A stretch of 64,000 bases of DNA from Thermodesulfobacteriota bacterium (GTDB lineage Bacteria; Desulfobacterota; Desulfarculia; JACQYL01). Under the pieces are notes generated by a model. That model was not told the origin of the DNA and did not search any database. It was given only the letters and a program-made list of their open reading frames with translations. The stretch covers positions 704,001 through 768,000 of the forward strand of contig CAXXLZ010000002.1 in NCBI GenBank assembly GCA_963675595.2, read 5' to 3'. A program made the position numbers and the translations under genes. This document shows, in pieces, positions 28,600 to 38,198 of the stretch; position 1 is the stretch's first letter, and every line of letters starts with the position of its first letter.

Positions 28600-30068
28600 T
28601 AACGCCTGTGCGCCTTTCTCCTCGACACCAGCATCACCGCTCCAACCCCGCAGAGGACGATCAGTGTCAGCATGCCCCAGGGCGAGAGAACAGGAACCGT
28701 GGTGATCTCCTGTTTTTCCTTTTCAACTGGGTTGATTCCGTTGTGAAAGATGCAAGCCACCGTCTCATCCTCGTCAAAATGAATGGTGGCGGTGCGCGTG
28801 GAGATATCCACGGTGGAAGGGGTGCCCGTCAAATCGCTGTCCACGCAAACCAGGTTGAGCAGTCGGTAGCCAAGACCTGTTGGGTCTACTTCGGTTACGG
28901 TGTAGGTCCCTTCCGCGACGTTGCCGAAGGATTGGAACCCGGCGTGATCCAGAGTGAAACCGGCCGACCCGCCCAAAATGTTGTGGGTAAACTGGAAGCC
29001 TGTACCGCCGAACGGCACGGTTGTCTTGGAAATAATGATCATGCCGGGCTGCGCATTGGTGAAGGCGCACGCGACCGTCTCACCCGGATCCAGGTGGATG
29101 GTGGCCGTTCGGCTCGGGATATCGGACGTGGAAGGGGTGCCCGTCAGGTCGCTGTCCAGACAGATCAGAGCGGACAGGCTGTAATTGAGACCGGAAGGAT
29201 CGTCCTCGGTCACGGTGTACGTGCCTTCGGCGACATTGGTGAAGGTTTGTGACTCGCCGTGATCCAGGTCAAAAGTGGCCGGACCGCCCGGTATGTTGTC
29301 GGCAAAACTGAAGCCCGTGCCACCGACCGGGGCGGTTACCTTGGAGATGATGATGGTGCTGAGCTGCCTGTTGGTGAAGGCGCAGGTGACGGTCTCACCC
29401 GGATCGAGGTTGATGGTGGCCGTTCGGCTGGGGATATCGAAGGTGGAAGGGGTACCCGTCAGGTCGGTGTCCACGCAGACCAGAGCGGCCAGGCTGTAAC
29501 CAAGCCCGGAAGGATCGTCTTCACTGACGGTGTACGTGCCGTCGGCCACGTTGGTGAAGGTTCGTGAGCCGCTGTGATCCAGCGAAAAAGTGGCCGGGCC
29601 GCCCGGTATGTCGTCGGTAAAGCCGAAGCCCGTGCCCCCCACCGGGACGGTTGCCTTGGTGATGGTGATTGAGCTGAGTTGCCTGTTGGTGAAGGTGCAG
29701 TCAACGGTCTCATTCGCGTCCAGGTTGATGGTGGCGGTACGGGTCTGGACATCAATCGTGGAAGGAGTTCCCGATAGATCGGTGTCCGTGCAGACCAGGA
29801 GACCCAGACTGTAGCCGATACCGGAAGGATCGTTTTCAGTCACGGTGTACGTGCCGGTGGGAATGTTGCTGAAGGTTCGTGAGCCGCCGTGATCCAAATC
29901 AAAAGAGGCCGGGCCGCCCGGTATGTTGTCGGTAAAGCCGAAGCCCGTGCCCCCGAGCGGGACGGTTGCCTTATTGATGACGATGAAGCCCGTGCCGGGC
30001 TGGCTATAAACGGTAAACGGCGCCAGCATGAACAGAATAAAGCCCATCCAAGGGATGATCTTCTTCAT
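28599..30068 (-). CDS. IPTL-CTERM sorted surface protein with four tandem 105-aa CnaB/prealbumin-like Ig repeats
   Basis: Signal peptide MKKIIPWMGFILFMLAPFTVYS; 315-bp DNA periodicity; C-terminal VPVLSPWGMLTLIVLCGVGAVMLVSRRK. Confidence 0.88.
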   Translation of the reverse strand: MKKIIPWMGFILFMLAPFTVYSQPGTGFIVINKATVPLGGTGFGFTDNIPGGPASFDLDHGGSRTFSNIPTGTYTVTENDPSGIGYSLGLLVCTDTDLSGTPSTIDVQTRTATINLDANETVDCTFTNRQLSSITITKATVPVGGTGFGFTDDIPGGPATFSLDHSGSRTFTNVADGTYTVSEDDPSGLGYSLAALVCVDTDLTGTPSTFDIPSRTATINLDPGETVTCAFTNRQLSTIIISKVTAPVGGTGFSFADNIPGGPATFDLDHGESQTFTNVAEGTYTVTEDDPSGLNYSLSALICLDSDLTGTPSTSDIPSRTATIHLDPGETVACAFTNAQPGMIIISKTTVPFGGTGFQFTHNILGGSAGFTLDHAGFQSFGNVAEGTYTVTEVDPTGLGYRLLNLVCVDSDLTGTPSTVDISTRTATIHFDEDETVACIFHNGINPVEKEKQEITTVPVLSPWGMLTLIVLCGVGAVMLVSRRKAHRR

Positions 30069-30300
30069 TGTTGTCCCCTCTTTCGGCTCTCGGATACTGA
30101 AATGCACCGGACAATGCGGCCGGCATCCGATTGCTCTTTTTTCCGCAGGGTTTCCGATTGGGGCCGGGCGACGACGGCTCGCATCCGGTTGTTTGGACAA
30201 AGGCTGAAAGAAAGTGTTCACAACCCCGCGTTGCTTTTCCATGTGCCGACTGTATTCCACGCAGAGAAATCCATCTTCATTATTGAGCGGATGGTATAGC

Positions 30301-30549
30301 TTAGGCTCGAAACACGGATGTCCTTTGGAGAAACTCGTCAAGAACTCCATCTATTCTCCAAAGAAGCGACCTTATCTCCGATTTCAAGTCCTTGTCCAAG
30401 TCGATAGTATCACCGGTCGAGGCCTCATCTTTCCCGAATGATGCGGTGACTTTCTCGGACAACGGCTCCCTATGACCTTCCTGCCCGCTCTTGACGGCCT
30501 TGCTTTGATTGAAGGCTTGGGAGGAACAACCAATCAAACCCATGCCCAT
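30301..30549 (-). CDS. Possible small hypothetical protein
   Basis: 82-aa ORF with amphipathic C-terminal helix (DLKSEIRSLLWRIDGVLDEFL); no family recognised. Confidence 0.3.
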   Translation of the reverse strand: MGMGLIGCSSQAFNQSKAVKSGQEGHREPLSEKVTASFGKDEASTGDTIDLDKDLKSEIRSLLWRIDGVLDEFLQRTSVFRA

Positions 30550-30790
30550 GCGATCTTCAAACCTGTCTGGAACCCTTTTCCTATCGTTTTTTACAATACC
30601 CCTCTCGTCGAATTCATGCAATCCCCTTTAGAAAGAACGCACCCTTTATGCCGTCCATCGAGTACTAGCCGGTTGCCGCGTCTCCATGGGAGAGCGGAAG
30701 CTACACGCACAGGCCGTCGTTTGCATAATCCCTGTTTTGATCCGGGAGACAATCTACCTGTTTATCCAGAGTTTCGGCTTTTGGTAGGCT

Positions 30791-30997
30791 TTCACGGGGT
30801 GGGACTTTCGGGAAAGTCCTACCCCGCCCCGTGTCACAGACTGATAGGAATCAGTGAGAAACAACTCAATCGACAAAGAACACAGTTGCTCCCAAAGCAC
30901 GTTGGACAGGCCTCGCAGGCTTCGGCGGAGAGGCTGATGAAGAAAGCGGGTTTCCTCCCTCATTCCCGGCGGCCCTTACATCTGCCGAATCGGCAAA
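30791..30997 (+). repeat. Composite intergenic repeat copy
   Basis: Hairpin ggggtgggactttc/gaaagtcctacccc then gcttcggcggagaggctga...ccgaatcggcaaa. Confidence 0.6.
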
Positions 30998-31130
30998 TAT
31001 GCCCCCAAGTTCGTTTTCGTCCCGTTGGAGACGGAGCCGATCAGGGCATTCCTAAGGTGCGACGCTTTCGTGGAAAAACCGATGACTGTAAACCTGGAGG
31101 CTTTTACAGAGAGAGCCCCTGCCCCTCTTT

Positions 31131-32321
31131 TCACATTCCGCGAAACTCGGGTTTGTAGTCCGGAACCTTTCGCTCCGCAATCTGGAAGACCACCATGTGA
31201 GGCCGGTAGCGGTCTACCAGGTCCTTCATGGTCGCTACCTGTTGCCAGGTGAGATCCGTGTATATGCACCGGCCAAAGGATTGATTGAAAAGGTGGGTCA
31301 GCGGGGTCAGGAAGGAATCCCGTAAGAAGACCACCTTGAAGTTATTGAGGCTCCGGGTGCCGGCGACATCCGCGCTCAGGGTTCGGAGCACCCTTTTCTT
31401 CGGATCTTCCCATAAGAACTTCGGCGGCGCTTGGTCCCCGATTTCATAGGCCCGCACCGGGTTGAAAGGCTGTTGGTAGTGGATAAATACTTTGTGGTCC
31501 CGAACAGATCCCTCAATTCCCGCCATTTTGGATAGATCGCCCGGGAAAACGCAGTGCTTTATGGTGAATGTTTCCATCTCAAGGGTATTCAGCGGACCCA
31601 GGAACGGTTCCAGGCCCTTCATGATGTGCCGGTAGGCGATATAGGCGCCCAGATCGGTCCAGTGCGTATCGGTCTTTCGGTAAAGCCCCTCACCGTAGTC
31701 CTTTTTGGCGGCCGCCAGGATGGGACGGAGGTCCAGAGTCGTTACTCCGTTTTCCGCCATAAGTTCGACGGCCCGGTCCGCAGCCGACGACGGGCACGTC
31801 AGGGAAACCCACTGGGGAAGGAGCTCCGGGTAGATGGTGTGCTTGTCCGGCGTGACCACCACCAAGTACCCGATCCCTTTGCGAGCGAGCCATTTCGCGT
31901 CTTCCCTTCTTTCCTCCACAAAACGACGTATGATCTCCTCTGAAACCGTTTTCCGCCCGCAGTGTTTGGAGAACACATGCTCGTATTGATCCCCCAGAAA
32001 CATCCACCCGTCCTTGCCCAAAACAATGCGTTCCGGGTCCGGGGAAACCTTGAGCACCCGAACATCCAACAGTCCGTTCAAGACTATGAGGAAGTGTCTG
32101 AAGCCGAACCGGTCGGAAAACCATTGGTCGAGTTTCTTAGGGAGCGCAGCCGTGCCGGCCCGGGTCCATTCCATGCGCGGAAACGAAGCCGGCATTCGTT
32201 GTTCCGTTGCCGCAAACGTTTCCAGATCCGACGTACCCGCGCCCGTCAACAGACCCAGCATGGGAACGAACAACAGGCCTACGAAGAGAACATTGGAAAT
32301 ACGGTGCAAGTCTTTGGACAT
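31131..32321 (-). CDS. AlgJ/AlgX-like SGNH O-acetyltransferase
   Basis: N-terminal TM; LGKDGWMFL, PDKHTIYPE, YRKTDTHWTDLGA, RDSF, ERK. Confidence 0.88.
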   Translation of the reverse strand: MSKDLHRISNVLFVGLLFVPMLGLLTGAGTSDLETFAATEQRMPASFPRMEWTRAGTAALPKKLDQWFSDRFGFRHFLIVLNGLLDVRVLKVSPDPERIVLGKDGWMFLGDQYEHVFSKHCGRKTVSEEIIRRFVEERREDAKWLARKGIGYLVVVTPDKHTIYPELLPQWVSLTCPSSAADRAVELMAENGVTTLDLRPILAAAKKDYGEGLYRKTDTHWTDLGAYIAYRHIMKGLEPFLGPLNTLEMETFTIKHCVFPGDLSKMAGIEGSVRDHKVFIHYQQPFNPVRAYEIGDQAPPKFLWEDPKKRVLRTLSADVAGTRSLNNFKVVFLRDSFLTPLTHLFNQSFGRCIYTDLTWQQVATMKDLVDRYRPHMVVFQIAERKVPDYKPEFRGM

Positions 32322-32440
32322 TCTGCCGTCTGTTTCCCCCCTGCAACCCGGTGGGTTGCGGCCGTTTTTGAGAGTTAGAAGAAAGTCCGAGGAGGTCCGC
32401 CCCAGGCGGACAGCTTCTCGCCGGAAGAAAATCGGTCATC

Positions 32441-32592
32441 ATTCACGGGGAGAACTTCTGAAAAAGTTCTCCCCCGCGGTGCTCTCTCAGAAGTTTCAAC
32501 CGGGCCTCACCGCCTCCGGCGGAGAGGCTGAGTGGGCAATTGGCTTCCTTCTGATTTCCAACGTTCCTTGCGTCGCCTGAATCGGCAAAGAA
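32441..32592 (+). repeat. Composite intergenic repeat copy
   Basis: ggggagaacttctgaaaaagttctcccc hairpin plus about 95-bp unit matching the reverse complement of 23397-23488. Confidence 0.7.
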
Positions 32593-32684
32593 GGTCCCTG
32601 GTTCGGCTTGGTCACGTACTTCGAAGTACCCTCCGTTCCTTGGGATTTGAGCGCCTTGCATCTCATCGTTTTTCAACGGTCTGT

Positions 32685-34145
32685 CTAGAATCTGAAATAG
32701 ATGAACGGATTGTACACATCGTTCGCAAGGCGCATGGAACAGAGCAGCAGCAGGAAGGTCCACACTACGCAGCGCGCCCAATGGATTTTCGGGGACCGGA
32801 CAAAGGCCGCCGCACGCGTGATATACGCGGTTACGGGCATGGAAAAGAGAATGCCCAGGCCGATGGCCACAAGGACGTCGTTTCCGAGAACGGCTCGAAT
32901 GGATGCGGCTCCCGGGATGGAGGCGCCGAATCCAAAAGCGATTTTGGTCATGCTCCAGGCTTGCGGAAGCGTATCGGCGCGAAAAAGAATCCAGCCCGTC
33001 ATGACCGCAGCGAGGGTATATACATGACGGAAGATTCCGGGCATGCGTTCCAGAAGACGTTTCAAACCCGCGCGTTCGAGTACCAGAAAGAAACCATGAT
33101 ACGCCCCCCATGCGAGGAAATTCCAGCCGGCTCCATGCCAGAGACCACACAAAATGAACACGGTCCACAAGTTGAGATAGGTGCGGGTTCGAGAACCCCG
33201 GTTTCCGCCCAGAGGTATGTAGAGGTAGTCTCTGAACCAGGTGGAAAGGGATATGTGCCAGCGCCTCCAGAAATCCTGCACGGACGAAGCAATGTACGGG
33301 TAGTTGAAGTTTTCGAGATAGCGGAAGCCCAGCATGCGCCCCAGGCCGATGGCCATGTCGGAGTAGCCGGAAAAATCGAAATAGATCTGCAGGGTGTAGC
33401 ACAGTACGCCCAGTTGGACGTGCAGTGCATCGAGGTTGCCCGGAGGAAGAGCGAAAACGGCGTCGGCCGTTTTCGCCACCGTGTTGGCCACGATCACCTT
33501 CTTGCTCAACCCGATCACGAATCGGCTTATGCCCTCGGAAAAGCCTTCCGAAGTGACGACGCGATGGACCAGTTGGTCGGCTATGTCGCGGTATCGAACA
33601 ATGGGCCCGGCTACGAGCTGAGGAAAACAGGTCACATAACAGGCAAAATCGATGAAGCTTAGAGTGGCGGCCGTGTTGCCCCTGTACACGTCTATGACGT
33701 AACTCATGGCCTGAAACGTATAGAAACTGATTCCCAAGGGCAGGAGAACCTTTTTCCATTGATGGAAGAAGCTTCCCCCGGCTCCGAAGAGGCCAACGAA
33801 GATATCGGAGATCACGAAATCGGCGTATTTGAAATAGACGAGCAGACCCAGGTTCACAAGGATGGAGATCGCGAGGACGGCCTTCTCACGGGCACGGTGC
33901 GGACGGTCGGCCGTAACCGGCGTGGGAGAGCCGAATCCGCGGGCGTCGGCTATCATGATGCCGCAGGTGTAGTTGATCGCCGCGGAACCCACCACAATGA
34001 CCACGAGCCAGTCTTCACCCCAGAAATAGAACAGCAGGCTTGCCGCGAGGAGAAAGAAGTTTCTGAACCGTGCAGGCATGAATAGATGGCCTGAAATGAC
34101 CACGGGAAGAAACACGAACAGGAAGAATACGGAGCTGAAGACCAT
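32685..34145 (-). CDS. algI: MBOAT family O-acetyltransferase, AlgI/DltB type
   Basis: MVFSS.FF, LPLGISFYTFQAMSY, FPQLVAGPIVR, QIYFDFSGYSDMAIG, FWRRWHISLSTWFRDYLYIPLGG, GLWHGA, NPFIYFRF. Confidence 0.93.
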   Translation of the reverse strand: MVFSSVFFLFVFLPVVISGHLFMPARFRNFFLLAASLLFYFWGEDWLVVIVVGSAAINYTCGIMIADARGFGSPTPVTADRPHRAREKAVLAISILVNLGLLVYFKYADFVISDIFVGLFGAGGSFFHQWKKVLLPLGISFYTFQAMSYVIDVYRGNTAATLSFIDFACYVTCFPQLVAGPIVRYRDIADQLVHRVVTSEGFSEGISRFVIGLSKKVIVANTVAKTADAVFALPPGNLDALHVQLGVLCYTLQIYFDFSGYSDMAIGLGRMLGFRYLENFNYPYIASSVQDFWRRWHISLSTWFRDYLYIPLGGNRGSRTRTYLNLWTVFILCGLWHGAGWNFLAWGAYHGFFLVLERAGLKRLLERMPGIFRHVYTLAAVMTGWILFRADTLPQAWSMTKIAFGFGASIPGAASIRAVLGNDVLVAIGLGILFSMPVTAYITRAAAFVRSPKIHWARCVVWTFLLLLCSMRLANDVYNPFIYFRF

Positions 34146-34154
34146 AAAAGGGGG

Positions 34155-34186
34155 CAAATCTCCTCTTGGCTCTAATGAAGTCCTTT
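34155..34186 (-). repeat. 32-bp element B, copy 2
   Basis: 30/32 identical to 11378-11409; contains GAGGAG on the minus strand just upstream of algI. Confidence 0.8.
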
Positions 34187-34287
34187 CCGCACTTAACCGA
34201 CTGCGAAGCGCGTCTGATCACGTCCCGGCCGTGATGACCCAAATGGACCTGATGCGGCTGTTCCATGTCGATTTTAAGACAAGAATG

Positions 34288-34372
34288 ATCATACACCCGG
34301 TTCACATCAGCGACAATAATTGAATTCATGGTTTTTTCTCATGGAAATCATGAGCTTCTCTCATGGATTTTG
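34288..34372 (-). promoter_or_regulatory. sigma70 promoter with tandem CATG-N9-CATG boxes, copy 2
   Basis: -35 TTGTCG (34311-16), 17 bp, -10 TATGAT (34288-93); 34327-34372 is 45/46 identical to 12774-12819. Confidence 0.75.
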
Positions 34373-34501
34373 CGAGATCGGGGTGAGCAAGAGGGACGAT
34401 GATGTGGCAGGGCGGTGGGGAGAGATTCCTATCAGGTCGTTGAAAGACGCGATCTGCTGCATTGCATCCTATCGTTTCTCAGCAGCAGCCTGAAGCCTTT
34501 T

Positions 34502-34528
34502 CGGGCAGGCACTGTGGCCCACCCCTAC
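34502..34528 (-). repeat. GTAG-type REP palindrome
   Basis: GTAGGGGTGGGCCACAGTGCCTGCCCG. Confidence 0.65.
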
Positions 34529-34678
34529 GAAAACCGACCCTAAGCTCAAAGATCGGACTATGGCTCGGCACGCAGCGCAATCGAGAGAATGCACCCCGCC
34601 GGCACGCCCAAGCCCGATTTCGGAAAACAGGCAGGCTGAACGCCCGGTCGCTCAACATTCGAGACCGGGCTTGATCGC

Positions 34679-35470
34679 TCAGCCGGCTTTCGTCCGAGCC
34701 AAGATTTGTTCCAGCGCCGTCTGATCGGGAGCAACGGCCGGGGTGGATTGGGGAAGCGTGGCCAACAACTCCAGAAACCGTTCGGTCTTTCCGGCGGCAG
34801 GCGGCAAATGTCCCGAAAGAATCATCTTGGGGACCATCCGCCGAATTACGTCCAGTGCCCGACTGAAGTCATCGGGTTGAACCAGGTGAACCCAAGGGCT
34901 GTCCAAACCGGCCCATCCGATCATGCTTTGGTCCAGTTCCGCCTCTGCGAGTTCATCGGCATTTCGCACCGGGGACGGCACGATGGCACCGAAGCAATCG
35001 GCGGAAAAGAATGCGCCCGACTTTTCATCATGGATGCCGATGGTGGTGGGATTGTCGAACAGGGGCGGTCTCACCGCGGTCAGCTTTCGATCCCCGACAT
35101 GAATACCATCTCCGGGATTCAGCCAATAAACCCGATCCATGGGCAGCGGCCAAGCCGAGCTCATTCTCAGCGCAGCCAAGGAGAACACCGCAAGGCGCGC
35201 GTTGGGAGCCGCTTCAAGGACCTCTCGAAGGCTGCCGGTATGATCCCCATCGTCGTGGGTGAGCCATACCCACTTCAAATCCCGAGGATCAATTATCGAT
35301 TTGAGGGCCTTCATGAATTCTTGGCGTTCCATGCCCATGCCCGTGTCCACGAGTACGGGTTCCTCCGCCTTGATCAGAAAGGCGTTCACCGGAAGAAACC
35401 CCGCTCCGGGAATCGGAAAATGAGAGGGAAGAACCTCGACGTCCGGCATTACCTGGTACGGTTTGTCCAT
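34679..35470 (-). CDS. MBL-fold metallo-hydrolase (flavodiiron/ODP-like stand-alone domain)
   Basis: VLVDTG, LTHDDGDHTG, FSADCFG, SGH. Confidence 0.85.
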   Translation of the reverse strand: MDKPYQVMPDVEVLPSHFPIPGAGFLPVNAFLIKAEEPVLVDTGMGMERQEFMKALKSIIDPRDLKWVWLTHDDGDHTGSLREVLEAAPNARLAVFSLAALRMSSAWPLPMDRVYWLNPGDGIHVGDRKLTAVRPPLFDNPTTIGIHDEKSGAFFSADCFGAIVPSPVRNADELAEAELDQSMIGWAGLDSPWVHLVQPDDFSRALDVIRRMVPKMILSGHLPPAAGKTERFLELLATLPQSTPAVAPDQTALEQILARTKAG

Positions 35471-35581
35471 TGAAAGTTCCTCCTTTGTTCGGTTTCCACT
35501 CGCACTTCCGTGCTATTTCCGAAAACGGGGCAAGAAAATCAATCCGACTCTCGGCTCCTCACCGCCGGCCGGCGGCCGGCT

Positions 35582-35959
35582 TCATTCCACGATCCTGTAG
35601 CCGGCGGTTTTCAGAGACGGCCGCGTATACACGAAGATCATCTCAACCGGCTCATCATAGGGATTATAGAACCAGTGTACGGTGTTTCGCGGCACGAACA
35701 TGGTGTCGCCCTTGGACATCTCCACTTCCGTTTCTCCAAGCCCGCTCATGCCCTTTCCCGACAGGATGTAGATGACTTCCTCCGCGTCCTTGTGCACGTG
35801 CTTCTTGTGGGTGGCGGTCTTCGCCTCGAATCTGCAATAGGCGAAGGTGACGTCCTCGGCGCCCACCGTGTCCTTGTCCACCAGCACGATTCTGGTGGCG
35901 TTGTCCAGGTCCTTGATGGGTTCGTTTCTTCCATCCGCGGGTTTCAGCAGGTATTTCAT
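35582..35959 (-). CDS. Cupin domain protein
   Basis: HKKHVHKDAEEVIYILSGKG...GDTMFVPRNTVHWF; GGAGG SD before ATG 35959. Confidence 0.88.
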   Translation of the reverse strand: MKYLLKPADGRNEPIKDLDNATRIVLVDKDTVGAEDVTFAYCRFEAKTATHKKHVHKDAEEVIYILSGKGMSGLGETEVEMSKGDTMFVPRNTVHWFYNPYDEPVEMIFVYTRPSLKTAGYRIVE

Positions 35960-36379
35960 TTGGTCCTCCGTAGTCGGTCCGACGGCAGGTGCCGGCAGGT
36001 TCAGGCAGGTTGTCGGTATCCGGATTGAACAAGACCCATCCACCTCTCCGCCGAGGGCGGCGGGGGTCATTCAAGCGTCTTTGAAAAGGGGGACGGGGAG
36101 AAACTCACTCGAAAGTCTCTCCCCGTAAACGGAATCATACACCCCTTCCCCACCCCGGACAACAAGACGGTGCGTCGTTTGCTCCGGGAAAATCCGCACC
36201 CCTCGTTCTTCCTGCCCATCCTTCTCGTTGGTTGCGATATGCCGGTATCCGGACACCAAATCCTTGACTCACGGGCCGTTCTTGGAGGATCCTTTATGAT
36301 ATTCCCGCGGGATTCCGAAAACGGCGGATCCTGTTCCAAGCGAATCGGATCATGACAAATCCATTACACGGAGGCCGGC

Positions 36380-37969
36380 GTGATGCATTGCGAAACCCCA
36401 AGCGGAGTCCGGAGACGCTTCCGGAGTTGGAATGCCTATATGTTGCTGCTCCCGGTCTTGGTCCTGTACTCCTGTTCCGGCGGGACCGGATCTGAAGAGC
36501 CTCAAGTCGCCTACACGGTGGATACCTACAAGATTGTCGAGACATCGTCCTGGGAAAGCATTCAACGATTCGTCGTGAGTTCCGACGGAGAACGGGTCGT
36601 GTACCAGGTGTATTACGACGACTTGACCTCCAGTGCGTCAAAGATCGTGAGTCTTCCGACGACCGGAGGAGCTCCGGTGGAACTGTACGACACCGATAAG
36701 AACGACCGGTATATTCACTGGTACGACATCACGCCCGACGGGTCTCACGTCGTTATATCCGCCACCTCAGACTACAACGTCGGGTTTCAGCTCTATTCCG
36801 TTCCCATCGACGGAGGCGAGCTTACGGCCCTCAACGAGGACCCGACGTACCATGAAGGTCTGACAGGCCCTTCCTACTTCAAAATCACTCCCGACGGCCG
36901 ACAGGTGCTTTACGCCGCCGCGGCAACCGAGGACCTTCGCATCGTGCCGATCGCCGGGGGCCCTTCCCTGTCTCTGAGCGGACCTTTGAAAGACACCCTA
37001 TCCGGCCTGTCCTTCGATGTCGATCCGCAAGGCGTCTATGCGGTCTATACCATAGGCTATGCGGGAGAAGAGAACGGCGCCATTTACAGCGTTCCCCTGG
37101 AAGGGGGAAACCCGATACGCCTGACCCAGGAATCGATCGCTCTGCCGTATCCCGTAATGGGAAACAGCACCATCACTCCGGACGGCGACCGAGTCGTCTA
37201 TGTTTACGTCACCGTTGACGGCGAAGCCTCCTATCATCTGGCCGGAGTCCCCATCACGGGCGGGGAGGCCCTACAGTATCTCCAAAGCCCGGACATACCG
37301 TACGCGCAACTGAGCCCGTATGCCCCTTTTTTTCTGGTCACCTATCCTGAATACGCCGAAGGGCCGGAGCAACTTTCCGCCGTCTCCATCATCGACGGAC
37401 ACGTCCGGAACCTGAGCGATGAATGGGATTCCTCCGCCGAAGTCGGAGGATATGCCGTCACTCCCGACGGCGGACACGTAATTGTCGGCACGAACCTCAA
37501 CAGTGAGAAGTTCCAACTGCTCAGTGTGCCGCTGGAAGGCGGCGGAGCGGACCTGCTGGCCTCGTCATCAGCGCCGGCGGGCCGGGGCGGGTTCGTGGAC
37601 TTTGGTGCGGGCGGCGGGTACGCTCTGTACTTGTTGAATGTTTCGTCCGAAGAGGGACAAACGACCACGGATTTCTACAGTGTTCCCCTCAAAGGAGGCG
37701 CGTCGCGCTACCTGTGCTCCGGCGACCGCTACGTCGTGAGTCCGGACCATGAATGGCTCCTGTGCGAATCCGAGGTTTTGGTCCCCACTACGGGAGGCGG
37801 TTCCCTGGACCTCACGGGCGGAGATTCCACCATGTCCTGGTACGCCAATAGAATCCCCACCTTTGCGTTTTCCGCGGACAAGAAATGTGTCGTGTGGACC
37901 TCGCAAGCGGACGCTTCATCGCCCGCGGACCTGTTCGTCGGCGTACTGCGTGAAGTCGTGGAGGAATAG
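36380..37969 (+). CDS. Acidic beta-propeller (TolB/PD40-like) lipoprotein, paralog 1
   Basis: Lipobox LYSCSGG; repeated ITPDGxxVxY...LYSVPxxGG blades. Confidence 0.8.
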   Translation: MMHCETPSGVRRRFRSWNAYMLLLPVLVLYSCSGGTGSEEPQVAYTVDTYKIVETSSWESIQRFVVSSDGERVVYQVYYDDLTSSASKIVSLPTTGGAPVELYDTDKNDRYIHWYDITPDGSHVVISATSDYNVGFQLYSVPIDGGELTALNEDPTYHEGLTGPSYFKITPDGRQVLYAAAATEDLRIVPIAGGPSLSLSGPLKDTLSGLSFDVDPQGVYAVYTIGYAGEENGAIYSVPLEGGNPIRLTQESIALPYPVMGNSTITPDGDRVVYVYVTVDGEASYHLAGVPITGGEALQYLQSPDIPYAQLSPYAPFFLVTYPEYAEGPEQLSAVSIIDGHVRNLSDEWDSSAEVGGYAVTPDGGHVIVGTNLNSEKFQLLSVPLEGGGADLLASSSAPAGRGGFVDFGAGGGYALYLLNVSSEEGQTTTDFYSVPLKGGASRYLCSGDRYVVSPDHEWLLCESEVLVPTTGGGSLDLTGGDSTMSWYANRIPTFAFSADKKCVVWTSQADASSPADLFVGVLREVVEE

Positions 37970-38013
37970 CGCAAGGGAAAGACACGAAGTTGCCGTCATC
38001 GGTCGCACAGCCA

Positions 38014-38077
38014 CCGGGGGAGCATTGCCCCCCCGAACCTCCTTATGCGGGCTCCCTCCCCTTGGGACGGAGCCGAA
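38014..38077 (+). repeat. About 62-bp direct repeat, left of the DUF3303-like gene
   Basis: cccccg..ctccttatg.g.gctcc.tcccc..ggacgg.gccgaa also at 38552-38613. Confidence 0.6.
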
Positions 38078-38198
38078 TGTTGGAAAGGGTCCGGATTAAC
38101 TTTTTTCAAACGGATCGAGGCGGCACACACGGCGGATCATTCCCGAAAGGGATTGCCATGCATCAATTCACCGCGGATCGCGTTTTGCAGCGGCCTGC

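Noticed and set aside
28740-29990. Periodic repeats as a CRISPR array
   Set aside because: 315-bp coding repeats with no unique spacers; no cas genes
30620-30830. Possible c-di-GMP-I riboswitch (TAGCCGGTTGCC)
   Set aside because: The GCAAA...GAAA...GACGCAAAGC core is absent; the nearby hairpin belongs to the repeat family
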